NCBI GenBank assembly: GCA_963715985.1
Contig: CAVQSP010000010.1
Coordinates: 128,001 to 192,000 of the forward strand
Reading direction: 5' to 3'
Length of the DNA: 64,000 nucleotides
Source of the DNA: an uncultured Thermoleophilia bacterium
GTDB taxonomy: Bacteria; Actinomycetota; Thermoleophilia; UBA2241
Shown here: positions 28,364 through 38,368 of the stretch, piece after piece
How positions within the stretch are numbered: the stretch's first letter is position 1
Layout: each line of letters starts with the position of its first letter
The notes under the pieces: model-generated
Told to the model about the DNA's origin: nothing
Databases searched by the model: none
The model's input: the letters and a program-made list of their open reading frames with translations, nothing else
Program-made: the position numbers and the translations under genes

Positions 28364-29563
28364 CTACGGCAGCATCCGCGGCGGGTCGCCGGCGCCGCCG
28401 ATCTGCGGCGCCGTGCCGCGCAGCTCGAGCAGCTTCTGCTTGAGGTCGCGCTGCATCTGCGTGAGCTCGCCCTCGGCCACGGCCCTGCGGGCGCGGCCCT
28501 CCGCCTGGATCTGGATCGTCTCCTCCAGCGTGGCGATGAGGTCGGCGTTGACCTTCTGCAGCGTCTCGATGTCCACGACGCCGCGCTCCACCTCGCGCGC
28601 CACCTTGGCGGAGCCGGTCTTGAGCAGCTCGGCGTTCTTGGCCAGCAGCTCGTTGGTCGTGTCCGTGACCTCGCGCTGGAGCTCCACCGCCTTCTGCTGG
28701 CGGTACAGGGTGATGGCGATGACGATCTGGTTCTTCCACAGCGGGATGGTGGTGAGCACGGAGGCCTGGATCTTCTCCACGAGGTTCTGGTCGTTGCCCT
28801 GGATGAGGCGGATCTGCGGCGCCGTCTGCACGGCGATCATGCGCGTCAGCTTGAGGTCGTGGAGGCGGCGTTCGAAGCGCGTCGCCGCCTGCTGCAGGTC
28901 GGTGAGGCGCTGGGCCGCCATGACGTCGCCGGAGGCGGCCACCTCGGCCTCCATGGCCGGGATCTTGACGCGGAAGAGCTCGTCCAGCACCTGCTCGCCG
29001 GCGGCGATGTACACGTCGAGCTGCTTGAGGTAGTCCAGGTTGAGCTCGTACATCTTGTCGAGCACCGTCATGTCCTTGAGCAGGGCCATGCGCGAGCGCT
29101 CGAGGGCGTCGATGATGCGCTCAATGCTGGTGGCGACCTTCTGGTAGCGCGCCGCGAAGCGGTCGAACGTGTTGGCGAAGCGGCCGAAGATGGGGATCCG
29201 GCTCTTGCCCGAGCCGTCGCCGAGCGCGTCTACGTCGATCTCGCGCACCTTCTTCAGCAGGTCGTTGAGCGCCTCGCCGCCGGACCCGGCGTCCTTGTTG
29301 CGTACGTCGCCGAGCAGTGAATCGGCGAAGTTGGCGATGCGGCTCTGGGCGGGCAGGCCGTAGCTGAGCACGCCCTGGGCGTCGGTCACGTCCACCTGGG
29401 CTTTGATCTCGGCGACGCGCGCGAGGTCGGCGGCGTCCAGCGGTCCGGCCACCGGGGCGCTGCCCGCGGCGGTTCCCGCCACGGCGCCGGCGTCGGTTCC
29501 GGCATCGCCTGCGGCCGGCACGATCTCGGGAGTGCCCCCCGCCTTCTGTATCTCGTCGCTCAT
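28364..29563 (-). CDS. telA: Toxic anion resistance protein TelA
   Basis: YGLPAQ..IANF.D..L..VR.KD, Q.APQIRLIQ, TTIPLWKNQ, ERGVVDIETL. Confidence 0.9.
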   Translation of the reverse strand: MSDEIQKAGGTPEIVPAAGDAGTDAGAVAGTAAGSAPVAGPLDAADLARVAEIKAQVDVTDAQGVLSYGLPAQSRIANFADSLLGDVRNKDAGSGGEALNDLLKKVREIDVDALGDGSGKSRIPIFGRFANTFDRFAARYQKVATSIERIIDALERSRMALLKDMTVLDKMYELNLDYLKQLDVYIAAGEQVLDELFRVKIPAMEAEVAASGDVMAAQRLTDLQQAATRFERRLHDLKLTRMIAVQTAPQIRLIQGNDQNLVEKIQASVLTTIPLWKNQIVIAITLYRQQKAVELQREVTDTTNELLAKNAELLKTGSAKVAREVERGVVDIETLQKVNADLIATLEETIQIQAEGRARRAVAEGELTQMQRDLKQKLLELRGTAPQIGGAGDPPRMLP

Positions 29564-30537
29564 GTCGGCTCCCCGGTCTGGCTGTACATGGTCTCGCTGC
29601 GCGCGGTGCGTTCGAGCAGCTCGATCTCGACGTCGAGGTCGAGGGCCCGGTCTTCGAGCACGCCGGCCAGCTGGCGGTCGAACGCCTGCTGCACCACGCG
29701 CAGCGAGGCTTCGGCGCGGGCGAGCGTCGCCGTGATGTCCGGCGAGGCCGGCCCGCGCTCCGTGAGGTGCACGTAGCCCTCGACGATGCGCTGCGCCGCG
29801 TCGAGGTAGTAGGTGAGAAAGCCGCGCGCCGCGTCCAGCTTGCGCGGTTGCGCCGCGAGCTCGGCGAGGATCTGGTCCGCGGTGCGGCACAGCGCCACCA
29901 CCTCGTCGCGGACCTCCTTCTTGCCGATGGACCCGGCGTGCTCGAGGATGACGTCCACCTGCGCCTTGGCCGGGCGCAGCACGTCGGCCGTGGCCTCGTC
30001 CATGCCCTTGGGCAGCTCCGCCCGCGGCACGCTCGCCGTGAGCGACGGCGGCTGCGGCGGCTTGGGCAGGGTGCGCGGCGGCGCGTCGCCGAACATGATG
30101 GCGCGGTAGTAGGGCCGCAGGTACATGGCGTTGGCCACGCTCGCCACCGACACGAGGAGCTGGAGGGCGACCATCGGCCAGAAGAGCGGCGTGCCGATCG
30201 CGAGGATGGTCAGCACCAGCGGGATCGCGTAGACGAAGCCCAGCAGCGTCCAGGGCAGGTGCCGGGCGCGCACGCCGATGTACACGAACGACAGCCAGTT
30301 CATGAAGCCCAGCGTGAAGGTCCAGCCGACCCACAGCGAGTGGCGCCACCACCAGCGGAAGCGGGTCTTGGCCTTCGCCGGCGGGGGAGGCGGTCCTGTG
30401 ACCGCCGGCGACCCGGCCTGGGGCTTGAGCTGCTGTACCTCGCGCACGGCCGAGGCGGGGTGCCCGTTCTGGCACTCCCCGTAGGGGGTCAGCCAGACCC
30501 ACCGGGCACAGACACTGCAATATCCACCGAGCGGCAT
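29560..30537 (-). CDS. XpaC-like protein with N-terminal Cys/His finger and TM segments
   Basis: C-terminal ARGFLTYYLD...Y..L...DLDVEI.LL; ATGA-coupled to telA. Confidence 0.75.
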   Translation of the reverse strand: MPLGGYCSVCARWVWLTPYGECQNGHPASAVREVQQLKPQAGSPAVTGPPPPPAKAKTRFRWWWRHSLWVGWTFTLGFMNWLSFVYIGVRARHLPWTLLGFVYAIPLVLTILAIGTPLFWPMVALQLLVSVASVANAMYLRPYYRAIMFGDAPPRTLPKPPQPPSLTASVPRAELPKGMDEATADVLRPAKAQVDVILEHAGSIGKKEVRDEVVALCRTADQILAELAAQPRKLDAARGFLTYYLDAAQRIVEGYVHLTERGPASPDITATLARAEASLRVVQQAFDRQLAGVLEDRALDLDVEIELLERTARSETMYSQTGEPT

Positions 30538-30761
30538 GTGGCTCCTCGAAACGATGTCGCACTCTGCAGGATAGCCTGCATCGGGCCTGCGCACACATCG
30601 GGGCCGCGGTCGGCGCCGCCGGGCGGCTGCGACGCCACGGCGGGCGACCGCGGCCGCCGCCGGTGGCCGCCTCTCCGCGGCCTGCAACGGCAGGGGCGCA
30701 CGTCTCCGTTGCGTGCTGTACTCTTGGACTTCACCCCGCCATCGAGAGGGAGTCAGCTTCC

Positions 30762-31148
30762 ATGAGCTCCGTGTATGAGAACCGTATCCGTGTCGCCGTG
30801 CCTTCCGAGGCGCCCGGCGGCATCGACGCCGCCCGCTCCGGGCACTTCGGCCGCACTCCGTACTTCACGCTCGTCGACATCGTGGACGGCGACGTCGCCG
30901 GTGTGGACGTGGTGGCCAACCGCCCGCACGAGCACGGCGGCTGCATGTCGCCGGTCGTCACGCTCGGCGAGAACCTCGTGGACGTGGTCATCGTCGCCGG
31001 CATCGGTCACCGACCGCTGCTCGGTTGCCTGCAGTCCGGCATCCGCGTGTTCGCCGGCGAGGACAGGCCGGACGTGCGCAGCGTCGTCAATGCCTTCGTC
31101 GAGATGGAGCTCTCCCCGGTCGGGCCGGACGCCACCTGCCGGCACTGA
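30762..31148 (+). CDS. NifB/NifX-family (dinitrogenase FeMo-cofactor-like) protein
   Basis: RVAVPS...SGHFGR.PYF, HEHGGC, VDVVIVAGIG, C-terminal CRH. Confidence 0.85.
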   Translation: MSSVYENRIRVAVPSEAPGGIDAARSGHFGRTPYFTLVDIVDGDVAGVDVVANRPHEHGGCMSPVVTLGENLVDVVIVAGIGHRPLLGCLQSGIRVFAGEDRPDVRSVVNAFVEMELSPVGPDATCRH

Positions 31149-31411
31149 CGGCCGGCGCGGTGGCGCCGCGGCGGCGTAGCCCGTGCCGCGGCGCCCAGCT
31201 CGCTTCGGGACCGCCCTGCTGGCCAACGAACTCGACAAGCCTGAGCTGCGGGCCACCATCAACGCCGTCAAGGGCACTGCGGACAGCTACGACGACGAGA
31301 TCGAGAAGTGCTGGGGCGGGCAGCGGGTGACCGATCGCTGACGTCATTCGCCCCGCCTTGGGGAATACACCCGCTGACCACGACCAACACCAGTCCAGCG
31401 GGGGTCCCACC

Positions 31412-31873
31412 ATGCAGGCACCGCAGCAGATCACACCGTCCGGCCCGGCCGACTACTTCGACGTGCTCACCAAGGCCATCTTCCAGTCAGGCCTCAGCTG
31501 GCAGGTCGTCGAGTCCAAGTGGCCGGGCTTCCTCGAGGCGTTCGACGGGTTCGACCCGGAGACGGTCGCCGCGTACACCGACGACGAAATCGAACGGCTC
31601 GCCGCCGACACGCGCATCGTGCGCAACCGCAAGAAGATCGAGGCGACCGTGACCAACGCCCAGCGCATGGTGGAGCTGGGGCGCGAGGAGGGCGGCTTCG
31701 CCGGCTGGCTGCGCTCCCGCGGCGACTTCGAGCAGACGGTCGCCGCGCTGCGCGGCGAGTTCCGCTTCATGGGCGACATGGGCGCCTACTACTTCCTCTA
31801 CGTGGTGGGCGAGCCGACCCCGACGCACGAGGAGTGGATGAAGACGCATCAGCCGGCGGCGCGCCGCCGGTGA
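31412..31873 (+). CDS. tag: DNA-3-methyladenine glycosylase I-like
   Basis: IFQSGLSW...AF.GFD...IVRNRKKIEA...NA. Confidence 0.8.
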   Translation: MQAPQQITPSGPADYFDVLTKAIFQSGLSWQVVESKWPGFLEAFDGFDPETVAAYTDDEIERLAADTRIVRNRKKIEATVTNAQRMVELGREEGGFAGWLRSRGDFEQTVAALRGEFRFMGDMGAYYFLYVVGEPTPTHEEWMKTHQPAARRR

Positions 31874-31897
31874 CACACCGACACCGGGAGGTATCCC

Positions 31898-32368
31898 GTG
31901 AAGACCGGCAAGCCCGACGACACCGACCTCAAGGCGCGGCTCACCGAGCTGCAGTACCAGGTGACCCAGCGCGACGGGACTGAGCCACCGTTCGCCAACG
32001 AGTACTGGGACGAGCACCGCGACGGCATCTACGTGGACGTGGTCAGCGGTGACGCGCTGTTCAGCAGCCGCGACAAGTACGACTCCGGCACCGGCTGGCC
32101 GAGCTTCTCGCGCCCGCTGCGCGACGAGGCCGTGACGACGAAGACCGACTACAAGCTCCTGATGCCGCGCACCGAGGTCCGCTCCCGCGCGGCCGGCTCG
32201 CACCTCGGTCACCTGTTCAAGGACGGCCCGGCACCTACGGGTCAGCGCTACTGCATGAACTCGGCGGCGCTGCGCTTCATCCCCAAGGAGGACCTGGAGG
32301 CGGAGGGGTACGGCGAGTACCTCCGCCTCTTCCAGGAGCCCGAGGGCGGCGCCGCGCACGACGAGTAG
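31898..32368 (+). CDS. msrB: Methionine-R-sulfoxide reductase, non-zinc type
   Basis: [35 protein letters not shown]; lacks the CxxC zinc motifs. Confidence 0.93.
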   Translation: MKTGKPDDTDLKARLTELQYQVTQRDGTEPPFANEYWDEHRDGIYVDVVSGDALFSSRDKYDSGTGWPSFSRPLRDEAVTTKTDYKLLMPRTEVRSRAAGSHLGHLFKDGPAPTGQRYCMNSAALRFIPKEDLEAEGYGEYLRLFQEPEGGAAHDE

Positions 32369-32471
32369 GGCCGCACCGCAGCGGACGAGCAGGGAGGCGA
32401 TCCCCGGCTGCGGGAGGCACTGCGCCGGGGCCGTGTCGCGGCGCCCTGCCCGGTTGTCGTAGGATTCGCGC

Positions 32472-33086
32472 GTGGCTCGGTATCGCAACGAAGAAGAAGC
32501 CCTCATCGGCCTCGCGAGGCAGCTGGCCGACGCGTGCCGTGAGGCCAAGTCGGACGAGGACGAGGAGTACGCGACCGACGCCATCAACGACTTCCTCCGC
32601 GACAACGACCAGCACGCCCCCGCCGAGGCTCTCATCGCCCTGCTCGACATGCCCATGAGCAAACGCACGTGGCCGCTCGTGGACAGCGTCGAGGAGACGC
32701 TCATCGGCCGCGGCTGGGAGGTCGTCGAGCCGCTGTTGGCGGCGACGCAGGGCCGCGTGTACGACCTCGCCGGCCCGGTGCCCCAGCGCGCCCGCGAGAC
32801 GCTCTCCGGGCTCAGCCACGCGCGCCTGATCTTCGGCCTCGTCGACGTGCTGCGAGGCAAGGCCGACGACGACCTCAAGCGCGCCGCCGTGACCGACCTG
32901 GTGGCGCTGGGCGACACGGCGGAGCCGGCGCTGCTCGAGGCGCTGGACCATCCCGCCGCGCGCCGCTGGGCCCAGGACGCCCTCGGCGACCTGCGCGCGG
33001 CGCGTGAAGAGGCGAAGCTGACCGAGGACCTGGAGCGGGCGGCCTCGGGTGAGGACCGCGTGGGAGGGAGAACGCGGGATGAGTGA
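32472..33086 (+). CDS. HEAT-repeat-like helical hypothetical protein
   Basis: VVEPLLAA..., AAVTDLVALGD.AEPALLEAL...AQDALGDL. Confidence 0.5.
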   Translation: MARYRNEEEALIGLARQLADACREAKSDEDEEYATDAINDFLRDNDQHAPAEALIALLDMPMSKRTWPLVDSVEETLIGRGWEVVEPLLAATQGRVYDLAGPVPQRARETLSGLSHARLIFGLVDVLRGKADDDLKRAAVTDLVALGDTAEPALLEALDHPAARRWAQDALGDLRAAREEAKLTEDLERAASGEDRVGGRTRDE

Positions 33087-34500
33087 AGGTACGGCGCTCG
33101 CCGGCCTCGCGGCGGGGGTGGCCGCCGGGGAGGTGAGCGCCGAGGCGCTGGTGGCGAGGGCCTACGAGCGCGTCGGCAGTCTGAACGGGCAGGTCAACGC
33201 CGTCGTCGCGCTGCGCGACGAAGAGGAGGCGCTGGCCGAGGCGCGCGCGCTCGACGAGAGCGTCGGCCGGGGCGAGCGTCTCGGCGCTCTGGCGGGGGTG
33301 CCGTTCCTCGTCAAGGACGCGCAGGATCTCGCCGGCGTGCCCACCCGACACGGCTCGCTGCTGTTTGAGCGCGCGCCGCCCGCCGCTCGCGACACCCTTG
33401 CCGTGGCGCGTCTGCGGGCCGCTGGGGCGATCCCGGTCGGCAAGTCCAGCGTGCCGGAGTTCTGCTTCGAGGGATTCACGGCCAGCCGGCTCTCGGGGGA
33501 CACGCTCAACCCGTGGGCCCTGGATTGGTCGCCGGGCGGCTCGAGCGGCGGCTCCGCCGCCGCCATGGCCGCCGGCATGGTCCCGTTCGCCACGGCCACC
33601 GACGGCGGCGGCTCCGTGCGCATCCCGGCCGCCTTCTGCGGCCTCTACGGACTCAAGCCCACCAACGGTGTCATCGCCCGCGACCCCGTCCCCCAGTGGA
33701 TCGACTTCACCACGGACGGGCCGCTGGCGCTGTCGATGGCCGACCTGCGGCTGCTGCTGCACGTGCAGGCCGGCCCCTCCTCCGGTGACCCCACCGCCCT
33801 GCCGGAAGACGCGCTGCGCGGCCTGCTGTCCGGGCGCCCGGCCAGTCGGCCGTCGCTGGTGCTGGCCGCGCCGCGCTTCGTGGACTGGGGCCCGCTGCCA
33901 AACGCCATCGCGGACCTGTTCGACGCGGCCCTGACGAGCCTGGAGAAGGACCTCGGGGTGCGCGTGGAGCCGCTGGCGCCGGGGCAGATCTTCGGCGGGC
34001 TCAACATCGACGAAGACTGGTTCATCACCGGCGCCTGCGAGCAGGCGCGGGCCTTCGGGGAGGAGGCCGTGGAGGCTGAGGCCGACCGGCTGCACCCCGC
34101 GTTTCTCACGGCCATGCGCCACGGCCTGCGCGTGACGCTGGACGAGTACCTGGCGGCGCGCCGCCGGCGCTTCGACTACGTGCGCGCCCTCGACGACCTG
34201 CTGGGCGCCGACCGCGTGATCGTCACGCCGACGATGCCGGTGACCGGGTTCCTGGCGGACGGCCGCGAGGTGGGCGCCGACCACCCGGGCACGGCGTCGT
34301 CCTCCTACAACACGCAGGCACAGAACATGACGGGCCACCCGGCCCTCTCGGTGCCCGCGGGCGTCGCCCCCAACGGCGTGCCCTTCGGACTGCAGATCAC
34401 CGGCCCGCGCTTCGCCGACCCGCTCGTCCTGGCCCTCGGCGAGGCCTGGGAGCAGGTCCATCCGGCGCGCCGCGCGGCGCCCGGCTACCAGGCGTTCTGA
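33079..34500 (+). CDS. Amidase-signature family protein
   Basis: GVPFLVKD, PGGSSGGSAAA, TDGGGSVRIPA.FCG..GLKPT. Confidence 0.92.
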   Translation: MSEGTALAGLAAGVAAGEVSAEALVARAYERVGSLNGQVNAVVALRDEEEALAEARALDESVGRGERLGALAGVPFLVKDAQDLAGVPTRHGSLLFERAPPAARDTLAVARLRAAGAIPVGKSSVPEFCFEGFTASRLSGDTLNPWALDWSPGGSSGGSAAAMAAGMVPFATATDGGGSVRIPAAFCGLYGLKPTNGVIARDPVPQWIDFTTDGPLALSMADLRLLLHVQAGPSSGDPTALPEDALRGLLSGRPASRPSLVLAAPRFVDWGPLPNAIADLFDAALTSLEKDLGVRVEPLAPGQIFGGLNIDEDWFITGACEQARAFGEEAVEAEADRLHPAFLTAMRHGLRVTLDEYLAARRRRFDYVRALDDLLGADRVIVTPTMPVTGFLADGREVGADHPGTASSSYNTQAQNMTGHPALSVPAGVAPNGVPFGLQITGPRFADPLVLALGEAWEQVHPARRAAPGYQAF

Positions 34501-34594
34501 GCCGGAGCGGTCGCCGAGGAGCCGTCACGGCAGCGTGTCCCCGGCGGCACAATCTTCCGCAACGCCGACGCAACACGCACTTCATAATCGCCGA

Positions 34595-34787
34595 CAAGAA
34601 TGGCACCAAGCCATACGACGGCATCGACGGCTGCCCCCCCGGCCGTCGGGACGCGACAGAGTCCGGTGCGCCCCCACCGTGTCGCTCCCAAGTTGCCCGG
34701 GCGGATCACCTCCTGCGCCCGGGAGCCGCTGGCCCCACATGGGCCGCGACGACTGCCCCCCAGTCGTCGCGGCCCATCCCCCTTTCT
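34595..34787 (+). ncRNA. Candidate 6C-like multi-hairpin sRNA with an anti-SD loop
   Basis: -10 CATAAT at 34583-34588; hairpins 34625-34648 (C6 loop), 34653-34685 (CGCCCC loop), 34696-34723 (GAUCACCUCCUG loop), 34739-34777 (17-bp stem, C loop), then a pyrimidine tail. Confidence 0.6.
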
Positions 34788-34845
34788 GGAGCCTGTCGTC
34801 GGCGGCGTACGCCCGCGACCGAGGCCGCTCGGCCGGCGGGCCGTT

Positions 34846-36220
34846 TCAGGGCGTGACCGTCTCCACCGCGAACGACGCCCAGTTGAGTGCCTCGCTCAAC
34901 GTGGGGTGGACGGCGCGCGTGGCCTGAACGTCGTCCAGCGTGGCCCCTGCGCGCACGGCCACGGCGAGGCCGTAGATGAGCTCGGCGGCGTGCGGGCCCG
35001 CCAGGTGGGCGCCCACGAGGCGGCCGTCCTGCTCGGCGAGGAGCTTGACCAGGCCGCCGCGCCGATCGCTGATGATGGCCTGCGCGACCCACTCGAAGTC
35101 CCCGCGGGCGACCTGGTACGGGGCGCCGCGCGCGGCCAGCTCGGCTTCGCCGAGCCCCACGCGCGCCACCTCCGGCACGGTGAAGCAGGTGCTCGGCACC
35201 AGCGTCAGGTCGGGCGCCGTGGGTTCGCCGCCGACGATGCTCTGCGCGACCGCCTCGCCCTCGAGGCCGGCGACCGGCGTGAGCTGGACGCCGCCGGCCG
35301 CGTCTCCGGCGAACCACACGCGCGGGTTGCTCGTGCTGCGCAGGAAGGCGTCCAGGACCGGGCGGCCGCGCTCGTCGACGGCGACCTCGCCGGCGGCGAG
35401 GTCGAGGCCGTCGTAGTCGGGCCGCCGCCCCGTGGCCGCCAGGACCTGCTCGCAGGCCAGAGCGAGCGGACGACCCCCGGCGTCTTCGATCCTCACGGTG
35501 AGCGCCCCCGGGTCTCCCTCGATGCCCCGGATGCGCGCGTCCGTCACGAACGTCACCCCACCGGCCTCGAGGCCGCTCCGCGCGAGCGCGGCGGCCTCCG
35601 GGTCGAAGCCTCTCAGCACCTCGGAGCCGCGGAGCACCACCGTCACCTGCGTGCCGAGGGCGGCGTAGATGCCGGCGAACTCCATGGCGATGTAGCCGCC
35701 GCCCATCACGACCAGCGAGGCCGGCTGTCGCGGGTACCGCAGGGCGTCGTCGCTGGTGCCGGCGAGCTCGATGCCCGGCAGCGTGCGGCTTCACCGGCTG
35801 CGAGCCCGTGGCGACGACGATGTGGACGGGCTCTATCGCGTGGCCGCCGGCCATGACCTCAGCCGCCGACGCGAAGCGGGCGTCGCCGTGGACCACCTCT
35901 ACGCCGAGGCTCCTGAGCGCGCCCTCCTGGTCGCCGGCGTAGGCCTGCTGCATCTCCAGCCGCCACGCCATGAGCCGCGACCAGTCCAGTGCAGGCGGCC
36001 CGGGGGCGAAGCCCATGCGGGCCGCCTCCGCCGCCTCCCGGCGGGTCTGGGCGGCCGTGTACAGTGCCTTCTTGGGCACGCAGCCGCGCCACAGGCACGT
36101 GCCGCCGAACTCGCCGCGGTCCACGACCGTGACCGTGAGGCCCGCGGCCGCCGCGCTCCGCGCCACGCGCGTCCCCGCGGCCCCGGCGCCGATGACCAGC
36201 ACGTCCCGTTTCTCAGTCAT
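34846..36220 (-). CDS. Class I pyridine nucleotide-disulfide oxidoreductase (glutathione/lipoamide reductase-like), frameshift near 35780
   Basis: GAGAAG, GGTCLWRGCVPKK, GGGYIAMEFA, AGDA, HPTLSE. Confidence 0.85.
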
Positions 36221-36373
36221 GGCCTGCCTCCCAAGGGCCGCTGGCTCGGGTCACTCGTACCCTTCGGCTTCACAAAGGGCAACACCCATTCTTCCCGAAC
36301 GTAACCTGAACAGGCGACACTCGCCGGGTACGTCAGGCAACGACCGCTCACGGTCCTCCCGAAAGGAGCCAGC

Positions 36374-36532
36374 GTGGAGCTCATCGTCACCTGTCTCGTC
36401 TGCGGCCAGGACGTCGATCTGGCGCGCCAGCTGGACCTGGCGCCCGAGGCGCCCTTCGGCTGTCCCTACTGCGATCCCGAGGTGGCCGAGGCCATCGGCC
36501 TGAACTTTCCCAAGGCCGACACCGCCGCCTGA
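36374..36532 (+). CDS. 52-aa zinc-ribbon microprotein, not in the ORF track
   Basis: AAGGAG RBS then GTG; MELIVTCLVCGQDVDLARQLDLAPEAPFGCPYCDPEVAEAIGLNFPKADTAA. Confidence 0.65.
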   Translation: MELIVTCLVCGQDVDLARQLDLAPEAPFGCPYCDPEVAEAIGLNFPKADTAA

Positions 36533-36606
36533 GCCGGCCGGCGCAGGCGTGACCTCAGCGGCGGGCTCGCTGCCGCCGCACACACGTGCATGAGCGCGCC
36601 GTTGCC

Positions 36607-37245
36607 TCAGCCCGCGTCTTGTGCCTGCTGCCGCGCCAGCCGCTCGGCCCGCGCCTTGATACCCAGCATGCACTTGCGCATGAACGGGAGATCGCCGAGC
36701 TCCGTGGCGATCTGCTGAGGCAGCACCAGCGGGTTCGACCACCTGTACTCGTCGCGCATCCGGGTGATCAGCCGCGTGTGCGTCTCGTCGACGGCGTCGA
36801 GATACCAGAGCCAGGTGCCGGCGCGATCGCTTGCGCGCCACAGCATCCACCGCGGCTCCTCGAAGTCGTAGCACCGCATCGACGTCCAGGGGCTCATGGG
36901 GAAGGCCTTGCCGACCTCGAGGCCCTGATGCTCGGGGAGGATCTCCCAGGCACTCGGCCTGCCGCCGTTGTCCACCCAGTCGTAGCCGTACCAGCCGGCG
37001 CGGCCCCAGCCGATCTGCACGAGGAACGGCCAGATCTGCTCCGGCCGCGCCGCCACCGTGACCGCGCGAGTCGCGTTCCACTCGGGCAGCACGAACTCCT
37101 CATCGTGCGGGTAGACGCGCTGAAGCTCCTCCCGGCTGGCGCCCCAGGTCATCTGCCACGGTCTGCCCCAACGGACGTAGACCCAGATGCCTGCCGCCGC
37201 CTCGATGGCGACCGCCGCCAGAGCGATCCTGTGCAGCGTCTTCAT
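36607..37245 (-). CDS. SRPBCC-like hypothetical protein, paralog of 56494-57177
   Basis: WGA..E...P.DE...TRAVTV.A....WPFLVQIG.GRAGWY. Confidence 0.7.
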   Translation of the reverse strand: MKTLHRIALAAVAIEAAAGIWVYVRWGRPWQMTWGASREELQRVYPHDEEFVLPEWNATRAVTVAARPEQIWPFLVQIGWGRAGWYGYDWVDNGGRPSAWEILPEHQGLEVGKAFPMSPWTSMRCYDFEEPRWMLWRASDRAGTWLWYLDAVDETHTRLITRMRDEYRWSNPLVLPQQIATELGDLPFMRKCMLGIKARAERLARQQAQDAG

Positions 37246-37381
37246 CGCTCCTCCTCCCCGGGATGGTCGTCACGCGCACGCCTGCCGGAGCGCGGCGACC
37301 CGCCCATGATACGCCGGGGCTGCGCTTTCGCATCGTCTTCCCCGGCGGTGCACAGATGCGCCGTGAGGGTACGATGGGCGC

Positions 37382-38038
37382 ATGTCCGCATCCCTCCAGA
37401 CGCGGTTCCGCGAGGCCCTTGTGGTGGGCAGCCTCCTGGCCCCGGAGGGCGCAGCGGCATACGACACCGCGATGCGTTGGTGGGGCTGGCCCACGGCGCA
37501 GGGCGGGAGGGACGTGGCCGGCGGCCCCCCGGGCGCGGCCGCTGAGCCGCCGATCCGCTTCATCACGCCCAAGCGCAAGCAGGCGATGCGCCCCGAGCTG
37601 CTCGGCGTGCACTTCGAGCTCGTCTTCATCAAGCCGGAGCGCATGTTCGGGGTGGAACTGCTGGGAGAGCCGGGGCTGCGCATCCGCGTCACCGACCGTG
37701 AACGCACGGTGATCGACATGCTCGACCGGAGCGACCTGTGCGGCGGCGTGCCTGCGGCCGCCGCCGCTCTTCTCGCCGCCTGGCCCGCACTTGATGTGGA
37801 GCGCCTGACGGAGCACCTCGTGCGCTTCGAGGGCGGCACGGTGCCCAGGAGGCTCGGCTATCTGGCCGAGCGCCTGGGCCTGCTGCCGCCGGACGATCCG
37901 ATGCTTCTCCGCTGGCGCGGACTCATCGGCGCCGGGTACTCCCTGCTCGAGCGCGGAGGACCCGCGACGGGCACCTACGTGCGCCGCTGGGGCCTGCGCG
38001 ACAACGTCGCCGGCCTGGCTGCGCTTCTCACGCCCTGA
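37382..38038 (+). CDS. AbiEi-like (type IV TA antitoxin) C-terminal-domain protein, orphan
   Basis: VTDRERTVIDMLDR.DLCGG...RRLGYLAE.L...RWGLRDN; no N-terminal wHTH. Confidence 0.6.
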   Translation: MSASLQTRFREALVVGSLLAPEGAAAYDTAMRWWGWPTAQGGRDVAGGPPGAAAEPPIRFITPKRKQAMRPELLGVHFELVFIKPERMFGVELLGEPGLRIRVTDRERTVIDMLDRSDLCGGVPAAAAALLAAWPALDVERLTEHLVRFEGGTVPRRLGYLAERLGLLPPDDPMLLRWRGLIGAGYSLLERGGPATGTYVRRWGLRDNVAGLAALLTP

Positions 38039-38167
38039 CGCCTGCTCCGATCGGGCGCCGGCTTCGCGACCACATGCGCTGCAGTGAACGACACCGGTCG
38101 CAGAGCGCCGCTCACACGGGACGGTGCTCGCCGCTTGGTGAGTCCGGCTGAGCCGCCGCCGGAGCGG

Positions 38168-38368
38168 TCAGCGGCCTCGGGACGTGCGGAGCACGATGAA
38201 CGTGCTCAGGGCCAGGGAACCGGCCGCCATGAGTCCGACCGCGACCAGTTCGAGCGGGCCGCTGCCGTCTGCCACCAGCGCGATCCCGAACAGCGCACAT
38301 GCGGCGCCGATGAGGAAGAGAAGCGGCCGGTCGCCTCGCGGCGTCGGCCGCCCGGTCCGCCGCGTCAC
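38168..38368 (-). CDS. Small two-TM membrane protein
   Basis: GTGA-coupled to the zinc-ribbon ORF; two hydrophobic helices. Confidence 0.5.
   Translation of the reverse strand: MTRRTGRPTPRGDRPLLFLIGAACALFGIALVADGSGPLELVAVGLMAAGSLALSTFIVLRTSRGR

Noticed and set aside
30762-31148. Evidence of nitrogen fixation
   Set aside because: NifB/NifX-like domains are widespread in non-diazotrophic anaerobes, and nifHDK are absent here.
31200-31341. Coding-like scrap (…ELRATINAVKGTADSYDDEIEKCWGGQRVTDR*)
   Set aside because: It has no start codon or RBS and matches no family I can recognise, so I cannot support it as a feature.
34703-34714. 16S rRNA gene fragment
   Set aside because: Only the 12-nt anti-SD matches. 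The flanks form a local hairpin and do not resemble the 16S terminal helices.
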